From positions 896,001 through 960,000 of the forward strand of contig OZ241883.1 of the NCBI GenBank assembly GCA_965203445.1: DNA of 64,000 nucleotides. Direction: 5' to 3'. This stretch comes from Candidatus Oxydemutator sp. (GTDB lineage: Bacteria; Pseudomonadota; Gammaproteobacteria; Poriferisulfidales; Oxydemutatoraceae). The translations under genes were made by a program, and so were the position numbers. This document shows, in pieces, positions 36,742-48,407 of this stretch. A model generated the notes under the pieces. The model saw nothing but the letters and a program-made list of their open reading frames with translations. It was not told the origin of the DNA and ran no database searches. Within the stretch, counting starts at the first letter, position 1, and the number at the start of each line of letters is the position of its first letter.

Positions 36742-37866
36742 GTGTCCGTAAAATCCATTTTTATCAAAAATCTGCGGAATATCTCGCAGATGCGGATAGA
36801 TCTCTGTCCTGGGGTCAACTTTTTCGTTGGCGATAACGGCAGCGGCAAGACTTCGATCCTTGAAAGTTTTGACATATTGTCAAGAGGTTATAGCTTCCGC
36901 ACCAACCGCAAGGCCGACCTGATAAAGTCCCAGCAGCAAAGCCTGTTGATAGGGGCGACCCTCGATCAGGATGGCACCGACCAAAAGTTGTCTATTCAGA
37001 AAGGAGTGGACGACAGGACGGTCGTAACCGTCAACGGCGAGACTGCCAGCAGCCTTGCCGAGGCCGCGAAGCTTCTCCCGGTTCGCGCTTTCCACCCGGA
37101 CAGCCATCTGCTGGTGCAGGGTGGGTCGTCCGAGCGCAGACGCTTCCTGGATTGGGGCGTGTTTCACGTGAAACCGGAATTTCTTGCCTGTTGGAACCGC
37201 TTTCAGCGTTGCCTGAAGCAAAGAAATGCGCTGCTGAAGCAGAGGAAACGGAACTCCCACCCGGAGCAGTGGGACAACCAGATTATCGAGTGCGCCGCCG
37301 AGATTGACACTTGCCGAAGCGAGTATTTCCACTCCTGGCGCACAGTGGTGCGTGATTTCCTGGCCGAGCTGAAGCCTGGCAAGGAGTTGCTCGTCGAATA
37401 CGACCGTGGCTGGCCCGCCGACCGCGAGCTGGCCAGTTTGTTAGAGGAAAATTACGCGACCGATCTGGAGAGAGGCACGACGCAGTTCGGTCCGCACCGG
37501 GCCGAACTCAACCTTCTGTGGGATGGCCAGCCAGCCAGATGCACCGCCTCGCGCGGACAACAGAAGGTAATCGCGCTGATTATGGTTTTGGCGCAAATTC
37601 GGCACTTCGTCCGCACCCATGGGCGCGAAGGACTGGTGCTGATTGACGATCTGGCTTCCGAACTGGATCAGAAGCACCGCGCCTGGGCATTGGGGGAGAT
37701 TCGCGGGCTTGAGCAGCAGACCATCGTCGCCCAGACCGAGAACGGCCTCGACTTGTCAGCCTGGCCAGAGATGAAGACGTTTCACGTGAAACAAGGCTCT
37801 ATTACCGAAGTTCGCAGTGTCAGTCCTCCGGTCGCAAACACGCTTCCGCCGCCGCTGCCCGAGTGA
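36742..37866 (+). CDS. recF: RecF
   Basis: GDNGSGKTS, RRRFLDW, GPHRAE, SRGQQK, IDDLASELD. Confidence 0.95.
   Translation: MSVKSIFIKNLRNISQMRIDLCPGVNFFVGDNGSGKTSILESFDILSRGYSFRTNRKADLIKSQQQSLLIGATLDQDGTDQKLSIQKGVDDRTVVTVNGETASSLAEAAKLLPVRAFHPDSHLLVQGGSSERRRFLDWGVFHVKPEFLACWNRFQRCLKQRNALLKQRKRNSHPEQWDNQIIECAAEIDTCRSEYFHSWRTVVRDFLAELKPGKELLVEYDRGWPADRELASLLEENYATDLERGTTQFGPHRAELNLLWDGQPARCTASRGQQKVIALIMVLAQIRHFVRTHGREGLVLIDDLASELDQKHRAWALGEIRGLEQQTIVAQTENGLDLSAWPEMKTFHVKQGSITEVRSVSPPVANTLPPPLPE
37160..37175. promoter_or_regulatory. parS site 1 (inside recF)
   Basis: TGTTTCACGTGAAACC, 15/16 match to the parS consensus TGTTTCACGTGAAACA. Confidence 0.85.
37778..37793. promoter_or_regulatory. parS site 2 (inside recF)
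   Basis: CGTTTCACGTGAAACA, 15/16 match. Confidence 0.85.
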
Positions 37867-37947
37867 CTCCATCCTCTTCCGTCGTCCGCGCCTCTCTCTC
37901 CGTCGAAGAAGCGCATGGATGCAGGTTTCTTGTCGTCGCGCCTGGTG

Positions 37948-37973
37948 TGTAAAAGGCCAGAAACATTCTGGAC
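37948..37973 (+). mobile_element. Isolated IS481 left-end-like repeat between recF and gyrB
   Basis: TGTAAAAGGCCAGAAACATTCTGGAC vs IS left end TGTATAGGGCCAGAAACATTCTGGAC. Confidence 0.75.
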
Positions 37974-38069
37974 TCCATCCTGCCCTGCCCGCAGGGGTTG
38001 CCAAAATGCCGTATTGCGTCCGATCAGGACATTTGTGCTTTGGGCTGACAGTCCCATCCATGGTATTGA

Positions 38070-40523
<2,454 letters not shown>

Positions 40524-40580
40524 GCTTTCGCACTTCCCTGCCGGCGGGCGTCGCGCCGGCGGGCAAGGCCGTCGCCCGCG

Positions 40581-41378
40581 ATGAAAATCGCCTCGTGGAA
40601 CGTCAACGGGCTGCGCGCGCGCTTGGCGCACGTGCTCGAATGGCTGAAGGTCTGCCCGGTGGACCTGCTCGCGGTGCAGGAAACCAAGGTGCAAGACCAG
40701 GACTTTCCGCGGGCCGAGATCGAGGCCGCCGGTTATCGCGCGGTGTTTTCGGGCCAGAAGTCCTATAACGGCGTCGCTTTTCTGTATCGTAGCGAGGGCG
40801 GCGAGGGCGGCGAGAGTGGCAGCGGGGCCGCCGAACCGCCGTTGCCGGCGCCGCCGTCGGGCGCGGAGCAGAAACGCGCGCTGGTGATGACCATGGGCGG
40901 CGTGCGCGTGGTGAACCTTTACGTCGTCAACGGCAAGGAAGTCGGTTGCGAGGCGTACGCCTACAAGCTGCAATGGCTTGACGCGGTGCGCACTTTTCTC
41001 GAAAGCGAGCTGGCGCGATTTCCCGATACCGTCGTGCTTGGCGATTTCAACGTCGCCCCCCGCGACTGCGACGTCCACGACCCGGAGCAATGGCGCGGGC
41101 GCATCCTTTGCAGCGACGCCGAACGCGCGGCCTTGGAGACCCTGCTCGCTCTTGGCCTGGTGGACGTCTTCCGCCTGTTTGAACAGCCGCTGGACACGTC
41201 GTTCAGCTGGTGGGACTACCGGCGCGGCGACTTCGAGCACAATCGCGGCCTGCGGATAGACTTGCTGCTGGCGACCACGCCCCTGGCCGAGCGCTGCCTG
41301 ACGTGCGCGGTGGATACGACGCCGCGCGCCTGGGATCGCCCGTCCGACCACGCGCCGGTTGTGGCCGAGTTTGCCTGA
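40581..41378 (+). CDS. xth: Exodeoxyribonuclease III
   Basis: WNVNG, QETK, YNGVA, GDFN, SWWDYR, GLRID, SDHAP. Confidence 0.94.
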   Translation: MKIASWNVNGLRARLAHVLEWLKVCPVDLLAVQETKVQDQDFPRAEIEAAGYRAVFSGQKSYNGVAFLYRSEGGEGGESGSGAAEPPLPAPPSGAEQKRALVMTMGGVRVVNLYVVNGKEVGCEAYAYKLQWLDAVRTFLESELARFPDTVVLGDFNVAPRDCDVHDPEQWRGRILCSDAERAALETLLALGLVDVFRLFEQPLDTSFSWWDYRRGDFEHNRGLRIDLLLATTPLAERCLTCAVDTTPRAWDRPSDHAPVVAEFA

Positions 41379-41425
41379 GCGCGAGGCGCGAAGTCGTCCC
41401 GCTGACGTGGGGGAACAGCCCGGCT

Positions 41426-41450
41426 GGATTCCCGATTTCGTGGAAATGAC
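41426..41450 (-). repeat. REP-like GTCATTCCCG-type palindrome (degenerate relatives near 54381 and 62958)
   Basis: Reverse complement GTCATTTCCACGAAATCGGGAATCC. Confidence 0.5.
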
Positions 41451-41531
41451 GAACCGGCGCGGAAGGGATGCGTCAGTGTATATAATTCCCATATAATTCT
41501 CACGCTATCTTTGCGAATCAGGAGGAAAGAC

Positions 41532-42170
41532 ATGAGAGAAATAATGGTGGTCAATGCCAAGGGTGGTTCCGGCAAAACGACCATTGCCACCAACCTTGCG
41601 AGCTACTACGCCAACCGCCAGATGAAAGTTGTTCTGTGCGACTTCGACCCGCAGGGCAGCAGTCTGCAATGGCTGCGCCGTCGTTCGCCGGCGAGACCGC
41701 CCATCGGCGGTTACGACGGCGTCAAGAAACGCGGCGCGGCGCGCGCCAAGGCCGACGTCTGCATCATAGACACGCCGGCGGCGCTGCACGGACGCGCACT
41801 GGCCCAGGTGGTGCGCCGCGCGCAGACGTTGATCGTGCCGGTGCTGCCGTCGCCGCTGGACATGACGGCCGCGACCGATTTCCTGAGGGAACTGCGCGCG
41901 ACGCCGACGGTCTCGGGCAAGCGTGCGAAGGTGGCGTTGATCGGCAACCGCGTGCGCGACTATACCAACATCGCGTGGCACCTTGACGACTTTCTGCGTG
42001 CGCAACGCATCGCCTCGCCGACTTTGTTGCGCGACAGCATGAACTACATCCGTGCGGCGGAGAAGGGGCTGGGCATCTTCGACATGTCGCCGTACCTGAC
42101 CCAGACCGACCGCGAGCAATGGAAACCGCTGTTGCGGTGGCTCGGCAACCGGCGTAGCAGCCAGCCGTAG
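41532..42170 (+). CDS. Orphan ParA/MinD-family ATPase
   Basis: KGGSGKTT, DFDPQGS, IDTP. Confidence 0.85.
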   Translation: MREIMVVNAKGGSGKTTIATNLASYYANRQMKVVLCDFDPQGSSLQWLRRRSPARPPIGGYDGVKKRGAARAKADVCIIDTPAALHGRALAQVVRRAQTLIVPVLPSPLDMTAATDFLRELRATPTVSGKRAKVALIGNRVRDYTNIAWHLDDFLRAQRIASPTLLRDSMNYIRAAEKGLGIFDMSPYLTQTDREQWKPLLRWLGNRRSSQP

Positions 42171-42214
42171 AGCACGCCCCCGACGGGCGCGAGCGAGGCG
42201 CAGTGCCAGGCGCG

Positions 42215-43258
42215 ATGTCTTTCGCCCGCCGCCTGCTCGCCTGGTACGATCGCAACGGGCGCCACGACCTCCCGTGGCAGCGCGACGCCACCGCGTATCG
42301 CGTGTGGGTGTCCGAGATCATGCTGCAACAAACGCGCGTGCAGACCGTGATTCCCTATTATCGGCGCTTCCTGCGCCGTTTCCCGAGCGTGCGCAAACTG
42401 GCCGAGGCGTCGCCGGACGACGTGATGGCGCACTGGTCAGGGTTGGGCTACTACTCGCGCGCGCGCAATCTGCACCGCGCCGCTCGCGTCGTCCGCGAGC
42501 GCCACGGCGGGCGCGTCCCGCGCAAGCGCCAGGATCTGGAACGCCTGCCCGGCATCGGGCGCTCGACCGCCGCCGCAATCCTGGCGCTCGCGCACGGCGA
42601 GCGCCACGCGATCCTGGACGCCAACGTCAAGCGTGTTCTCGCAAGGCACGCCGACGTCGCCGGCTGGCCCGGCAACGGCGACGTGAACCGTCGCCTGTGG
42701 CGGGTGGCCGAGCGGCATCTGCCGCAAACGCGCGTCGCCGATTACACCCAGGCGCTGATGGATCTGGGCGCCCTCGTCTGCACCGGCAACGACCCCGAGT
42801 GCGCGGCCTGCCCGGTCGCGCGCGACTGCCGCGCCCGAATAGCAGACCGCGTGCATCTGCGCCCGGCGCCCGCGCCGAAACGCGAGCGCCCCGGCCGCCG
42901 GATTATCCTGCTGATGGCGCTGCACAAAAACCGCATGCTGCTCGAACGCCGCCCGCCGTCGGGTATCTGGGGACGCCTGCTGAGCTTCCCCGAAGCCGCC
43001 GACCGGCGCGCTGCCGAGACGTGGTACACCACCCACTTGGGCGAACCCGACACGGCCCGCTACTGGCCCGAGATACGCCACGACCTGACGCACGTGCGCC
43101 TGCTGCTGGTGCCGCTCAAACTCGAATACAGTACGGTCAGGTGGGGCGTGTGCGAGGACAACCGCTTCATCTGGCGCGCGCTATCGCCCGCCACCGCCGT
43201 CCCCGCCCCGATCAAACGCCTGATCGGGGAGCTCAAGAAGGAGGTGGTTGCCTCTTGA
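42215..43258 (+). CDS. mutY: A/G-specific adenine glycosylase
   Basis: WVSEIMLQQT, GLGYYSRARN, LPGIGRSTA, Fe-S cysteines. Confidence 0.95.
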   Translation: MSFARRLLAWYDRNGRHDLPWQRDATAYRVWVSEIMLQQTRVQTVIPYYRRFLRRFPSVRKLAEASPDDVMAHWSGLGYYSRARNLHRAARVVRERHGGRVPRKRQDLERLPGIGRSTAAAILALAHGERHAILDANVKRVLARHADVAGWPGNGDVNRRLWRVAERHLPQTRVADYTQALMDLGALVCTGNDPECAACPVARDCRARIADRVHLRPAPAPKRERPGRRIILLMALHKNRMLLERRPPSGIWGRLLSFPEAADRRAAETWYTTHLGEPDTARYWPEIRHDLTHVRLLLVPLKLEYSTVRWGVCEDNRFIWRALSPATAVPAPIKRLIGELKKEVVAS

Positions 43259-44143
43259 ACAAATCTCCGAGTCCGAGTCTGGGCAAAGGCCTGAAATCGT
43301 GTGCATCGGGCGCCAGCGCCTGCACCAAAGCATCAAATTCTTTCGCGGGTCTTGTCGTGTATTGATGCGCAAGCAGAACCGCATCGGCTCGGGAGTCCCA
43401 GAAATTTGCAAGCCGATGATTGTACTGGTAAATCCGAACTAATAGATGCAGCAGGAAGAACAGGGCGATTCCTGCAAAGATTCGTGCTTGAGAAATCGGT
43501 CCCCCCCATATTTGTGTGGCGTCTGTCTTTCCTGAGTGTTCGGCCAGCCGGGTCTCCCGTTCTTTTTGAAAGGCGCGAAGCTCCTTTGCAAAATTGCTAT
43601 CTTTGAGAATATGGTCTTCTTTCAGTATTTCGTCGGAGTACTCCAGGCCGGGATATTTTCTTAGGATATGTACCTCTTCGCCTGCGACCAAATAGGGATA
43701 TTGGTTTTCGGGTGCTGCGAGTATCCAATCATACAAAGTGCTTCGCCAATCTTTTCCCGTAACAGCCCATGTTTCCCCGCCGTCTTGTGTTACGAATACT
43801 GCTCCCTTATCTCCCGCCAAGACGCCGTTCCCGCCTAATGCCGTCTCGTCCCCGATTTTGCTGATTTCCTGGCTGAAAGTGGCCACAGTAATGCTTTCAT
43901 CTTTCTTCATCCGCAGGTCAGGATGTTTGAGCCAGAAGCGACCCGCACGAAGGAGTGTAAGCCTATCTCCGAATTGTTTATCTCTCTCCTCATCAGCCTT
44001 CTCCTTTAGTTCTTCAAGCTTCCTCAATTTTATATCCAGGTCGCTTTCCCCAATTAGTGGGATGATGAAAGATTGAAATAAATTCCCGCAAACAATAACG
44101 CGAAAATAATGCCGAGTATTATGTCTGCCCGCGTGCGGAGCAT
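43233..44143 (-). pseudogene. Lower-GC hypothetical membrane protein with a BNR-like repeat, apparently frameshifted near the 5' end
   Basis: ORF 43233-44027 contains TQDGGETW and a TM helix; an upstream TM-coding frame ([14 protein letters not shown]...) is out of frame. Confidence 0.45.
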
Positions 44144-44314
44144 GAACCCACGTTGTCGAAGCTCCCGTACGCTTCTCCAGGAAAGAGAGGTCGGGAAGAG
44201 GAGGTGGGAAGCTTCTCCATAGTTTGGCTTATCCCACCCCAAGCAAGGAGAAGGCGACAAAATGGTGTACACTTCTGCCCGAACGCCCGACCGGGCGGCT
44301 TAAGGGAGAAACCA

Positions 44315-44587
44315 ATGGCGCGCATGGTGCATTGCGCAAAGTCGGGGCAAGAAGCCGAGGGGTTGGACTATGTTCCGTATCCCGGCGAACTCGGCCAGCG
44401 GATTTACGACCATATCAGCAAGCAGTCGTGGCAGGAGTGGGTCGGCCACCAGACGATGTTGATCAACGAATATCGCTTAACGCCAGTGGACCCGAAGGCG
44501 CGCAAGTTTCTCGAGGAAGAGATGGAAAAGTTTCTGTTCGGCGAGGGTTCGGACAAACCCGCGGACTACGTCGAACCCGGACAATAA
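44315..44587 (+). CDS. yggX: Fe(2+)-trafficking / oxidative damage protection protein
   Basis: MARMVHC...[10 protein letters not shown]...W..HQTMLINE. Confidence 0.92.
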   Translation: MARMVHCAKSGQEAEGLDYVPYPGELGQRIYDHISKQSWQEWVGHQTMLINEYRLTPVDPKARKFLEEEMEKFLFGEGSDKPADYVEPGQ

Positions 44588-44600
44588 CCGCACGTTGCTT

Positions 44601-44676
<76 letters not shown>

Positions 44677-44776
44677 TATCGCCTCATCATCGTGCCGTAT
44701 TGTTGACTGAGTTGGTATGAACAAATATGCTTGTCCATGCCGTTCAAACTTGTTCTTTGAACAGCCCTAACGTTTT

Positions 44777-45103
44777 ATGAAACAGGGTGTGAAACAGAGA
44801 TACTGGCTCTTGATCGTGGCCTTTGCCACGCCATTTCTCGGCGCATGTGCAGGGGCGAATCTTGTCGAGATGAACACTGACTATGTGGTTGTCGAACAAA
44901 GCATGTTAGAGTTCTATGACCAGCATGCCTTCGACGAGGCCGCGAATCGGGGTTGTGCGGTTTACGGGAAGTCTCCGGTTTTTGAATCTTCCCAGTGCGC
45001 TTTCGTTGACAAAGATGGGGGGTTGCGGGGCCAGTGCATAACTTGGTACCACAAATTCTCTTGTGTCTCTCCCGAACCGAATAGCAAGCCAGCGGGCCTC
45101 TGA
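44777..45103 (+). CDS. Hypothetical Cys-rich lipoprotein
   Basis: Signal peptide with LGAC lipobox; four further cysteines. Confidence 0.6.
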   Translation: MKQGVKQRYWLLIVAFATPFLGACAGANLVEMNTDYVVVEQSMLEFYDQHAFDEAANRGCAVYGKSPVFESSQCAFVDKDGGLRGQCITWYHKFSCVSPEPNSKPAGL

Positions 45104-45300
45104 TATAATCTCGTTTCTCCACAAAGACTGCCTCAAAAGAACGGGTCGCGCACAATGCCGTTCTTGTTGCTGCTTGCTTTGATTATCCTTTCGAGCAGGG
45201 TAAGGGGCTTCTGCGTGAGGTGTCCGGTTCGTTCCTTCCAGAAGATTTGTCCCCTGCCTAGAATGTTCGCCCACCAGTCCTCAGCCATTTTCCCTGTTAG
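45100..45300 (-). pseudogene. Remnant of a beta-class DNA methyltransferase C-terminus
   Basis: EDWW...ERTGHLTQKPLTLLERIIKASSNKNGIVRDPFF*; no N-terminal part. Confidence 0.7.
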
Positions 45301-45408
45301 ACAGTAGCCACCATTGTATATAATTTTGTATAATCGCCTTTCCGAACTATGCCTTAGATGGTGCCGAATGGTGCCGACGATTGCAATTTTCAAAGGAATC
45401 CAGTCCCA

Positions 45409-46365
45409 ATGAAACGAACACTGAAACTTCTGATCGGCGCGTTTGTATTGTCGGCGTCGGCACCGGGCGGCGCGCAGGCGGCCTCCGATTTCTATTTGAG
45501 CAGCGAAATCGGCGTCCATTTCGCCAAAGGCCCGAAGCTGAAAGTGTATCCGAACGACCGCGCCAGCATCTGCGACGAGTTCATCAATCCCCTCTACTCG
45601 ACGGTCACCACCGTCGCGGGGTTCGAGAACACCAACTGCACCGGGCCGAATCGCGGCGCCGGCAGCGATTTGTCCAACGACTTCGATTCCGAAACCGGCA
45701 TCCTGGCCGGCGTCGCGTTGGGCTATCGGTTGCGGCCCAACGTCCGGCTCGAGCTCGAATACTTCTACCGCGAGGCACGCTTTGATGAAACCCGCGACGT
45801 GCCCCGCAACGTGCCGGCGGGCACCGGCAATCTCAACGTCGACAAACTCAGGGACGAGATCAGAAGCGCGACCGACCGCATCGGCACCCTCGACGCGCAC
45901 AACCTGTTCGCCAACGTGTATTACGACTTTGCCGGCACCGCTCGCATCACGCCGTACTTGGGCTTGGGCATCGGTCTCGGTTTCACCGACCTCGACTACA
46001 CCAGCCATTGGGTGAGAAACCGCGACCCCGCCAACATCAGAACCGGCGAAGGGCTGCCGAACGCGGCACAGATCCAGCAGAACCTCGCCGGCACCTACAG
46101 CCTGGCGAGGAAAAAACTGTCCGACACGCTGTTCGGCGTCCAGATGTTGCTCGGCGTGGATTACGCGGTCAGCGAAACGCTGGCCGTGGGCCTCAAAGGC
46201 CGCTACGTCAGATACGACGATTTGCGCGACGATATAGTCTGGGATCCGCTGCGCAGCCACGTGCCCAACATACGCCGCGACGGCAGCGAACCGGTGTCGG
46301 CTAAAGTCAAGGCCAGCGACCTCGAGGCGTTCGGGGTGAGCCTGAACCTCAAGTATTACTTCTGA
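45409..46365 (+). CDS. Outer-membrane beta-barrel protein (opacity/porin-like) with long loops
   Basis: Signal peptide, GY...VRLELEY, FANVYYDF, ITPYLGLGIG, terminal YYF. Confidence 0.85.
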   Translation: MKRTLKLLIGAFVLSASAPGGAQAASDFYLSSEIGVHFAKGPKLKVYPNDRASICDEFINPLYSTVTTVAGFENTNCTGPNRGAGSDLSNDFDSETGILAGVALGYRLRPNVRLELEYFYREARFDETRDVPRNVPAGTGNLNVDKLRDEIRSATDRIGTLDAHNLFANVYYDFAGTARITPYLGLGIGLGFTDLDYTSHWVRNRDPANIRTGEGLPNAAQIQQNLAGTYSLARKKLSDTLFGVQMLLGVDYAVSETLAVGLKGRYVRYDDLRDDIVWDPLRSHVPNIRRDGSEPVSAKVKASDLEAFGVSLNLKYYF

Positions 46366-46386
46366 GCGCCGCCCGCGGCCGGCGCG

Positions 46387-47196
46387 CTACAGGTCTTTCG
46401 TGAAGCGTCGCCAGTCCGGCGAGGCCGGCGTGTGGACGACGAACGACGGGTTGATCAGCGACTTCCTGGCGTTGTAGCGTAGCGCCTGATCGGAGCAGTC
46501 GGTCAGACGGCCGCCGGCTTCCTCGACGATGCACTGGCTCGCGCCGGTGTCCCACTCGCAGGTCGGGCCGACGCGCAGGCAGAGGTCGGCGCTGCCGTCG
46601 GCCACCAGGCAACACTTCAGCGAGCTGTCGGCGCGGATCAGCCGGTGCCTGCCCAGTTGCGCGAGCAACTGAGTCGTCGGTTTGTTGACGTGCATGCGGC
46701 TGACCGCTATCACCGGCTCGTCGCGCGTGCTCTCGCGCACGTGGATCGGCTGCGCCGGCGCGCCGGCGTCCTGACGGAACGCGCCTTCGCCCCGCGCCGC
46801 GTAATAGAGCTGGTCCATCGCCGGCGCGAACACGACGCCCAACACCGGGCGGTGGTTTTCGATCAGCGCGACGTTGACCGTGAAGAAGTCGTTTTTGCGC
46901 AGGAAGCCCCGGGTGCCGTCGAGCGGGTCCACCAGCCAGTAGGTCGTCCAGTCCATGCGTTCTTCGGCCGGATGGTTGGCCGCGTCCTCCTCGGACAGCA
47001 CCGGCACGCCGGGGGCCAGCTCGGCCAGTTCAGCCGCGATCAGGCGGTCGGCATTCAGATCGGCGATCGTGACCGGCGATTTGTCCTGCTTGTATTCGAC
47101 CTCGACGTCCTGGCGGTAGATCTCCAGGATGCCCTCGCCTGCGGCACGCGCGATGCCGCAGACGCTCTCCAGCCAGTCGTTGTGCGCGCCGTTCAT
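46387..47196 (-). CDS. cysQ: 3'(2'),5'-bisphosphate nucleotidase
   Basis: SPVTIAD, LSEE, WLVDPLDGT, EWDTGA. Confidence 0.92.
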   Translation of the reverse strand: MNGAHNDWLESVCGIARAAGEGILEIYRQDVEVEYKQDKSPVTIADLNADRLIAAELAELAPGVPVLSEEDAANHPAEERMDWTTYWLVDPLDGTRGFLRKNDFFTVNVALIENHRPVLGVVFAPAMDQLYYAARGEGAFRQDAGAPAQPIHVRESTRDEPVIAVSRMHVNKPTTQLLAQLGRHRLIRADSSLKCCLVADGSADLCLRVGPTCEWDTGASQCIVEEAGGRLTDCSDQALRYNARKSLINPSFVVHTPASPDWRRFTKDL

Positions 47197-47606
47197 CAGC
47201 CGCGCGCCCAGCGCCGGAAGCGCTTTTTGCAGTATTTCAGCAGCGATTCGTAGCCGTCGAAGTAGAGATCGAAGCCGTCTTCCGCCGGCGCGTCGTACTC
47301 GCAGTAGTCGTTGGAATGATCGCGGCAGATCTGCGGGCGCACTTCGTAAATGCCGCACTTGCCGTTGGGCAGCAGATGGCGGCAGGTGGTCTCGAACAGC
47401 AGGCACCAGCCGTCGGAATCCTTGTATGCCTTGACGTTCTCGTGCGACACCTGCCACAGCAGATGCTCGAAATCGTGCTTGCTGCGCGGCGCGTCTATGC
47501 CCTGCGTTACGTAGGTGCAGCACTTGCTGTTGGTGCAGTAGCCGCATTTGTTCTCCGGCGTCAGCAGTCCGGGGTCCACGCGAATCGGAATGTCGAGTTT
47601 TTTCAC
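47196..47606 (-). CDS. YkgJ-family cysteine-cluster protein
   Basis: CGYC...KCC, C.HL...CGIYEVRPQICR; stop overlaps the cysQ start. Confidence 0.85.
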   Translation of the reverse strand: MKKLDIPIRVDPGLLTPENKCGYCTNSKCCTYVTQGIDAPRSKHDFEHLLWQVSHENVKAYKDSDGWCLLFETTCRHLLPNGKCGIYEVRPQICRDHSNDYCEYDAPAEDGFDLYFDGYESLLKYCKKRFRRWARG

Positions 47607-47902
47607 TGGTTCTCCGGTTTTTGCGGGGGCTTTGCGGCGCGCTTCAGCGGCACGACCTCTCGCGTCCGCGGTTCGTCGGCGTAGCGCGGGCGCAGCGCCG
47701 ACGCGTCGTCCGCGCCGCCCTGTGCCAGTTCGCGCTCGCGCGCCGAAATCAGCGAAAAACAATCGCGTATGCGCTCTATCGTGCTTTCTTGCAGGGGGTG
47801 CCGGCGCCCCGGCAGCGGTGTCGTGTCCTTGACGACGTCGGCGAGCGTCTTGCGTAGCGCGATCAAAATGCGTCGTTCCTTGCTCAAGGTGCGGGGTTCC
47901 AT
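47603..47902 (-). CDS. Conserved hypothetical protein
   Basis: ERRILIALRKTLADVVKDT...HPL...IRDCFSLISARE; coupled to the YkgJ gene. Confidence 0.7.
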   Translation of the reverse strand: MEPRTLSKERRILIALRKTLADVVKDTTPLPGRRHPLQESTIERIRDCFSLISARERELAQGGADDASALRPRYADEPRTREVVPLKRAAKPPQKPENQ

Positions 47903-47957
47903 CGTTTGCGCCGCGCGACCACGTGCCTTTGCGGGGCTTGCCCATTATAATGGACTT

Positions 47958-48227
47958 ATGCGCGACCCCGAAACCATCAGCCGGTTCATCAAAGATCTCG
48001 TCGCCGGCCTGCCGCCGCTGGCCACGGAATTGCGCGACGAGTTCGAGCGCAACGCACGCGCCAGTCTTGAATCCCTGTTGCAGAAAATGAATCTCGTAAG
48101 CCGCGAGGAGTACGACATACAGGTCGCATTGCTGGAACGTCTGCGCCTGCGCGTAACCGAGCTGGAGCGGCGCCTGCAAGCCGGGCAGGAAAAGCGCGAC
48201 ACCGGCGACACTGGCGACGACGCCTGA
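47958..48227 (+). CDS. ubiK: Ubiquinone biosynthesis accessory factor (BMFP family)
   Basis: LQKMNLVSREEYDIQ...LERLR; precedes comM. Confidence 0.85.
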   Translation: MRDPETISRFIKDLVAGLPPLATELRDEFERNARASLESLLQKMNLVSREEYDIQVALLERLRLRVTELERRLQAGQEKRDTGDTGDDA

Positions 48228-48407
48228 CGGACGCGCGTCTGTCGCGCCCTGCCCTCGCGTTGCCCGGGCCGCTTCCGGAGGGTAGGGGGCATGGCACGGC
48301 CCCGGCCCCGCGGCAGGCGGTGCGCCAATTCGGCCGTTCATCGGCCAAAACCGACCGCTTATCCGGCAAACCGCGCTTTTCCCCGCGATTCGCCTGAACA
48401 TGGCCCC

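Noticed and set aside
41532-42170. ParA as the chromosomal partner of the recF parS sites
   Set aside because: Short orphan ParA-like protein with no adjacent parB; the link cannot be supported from sequence.
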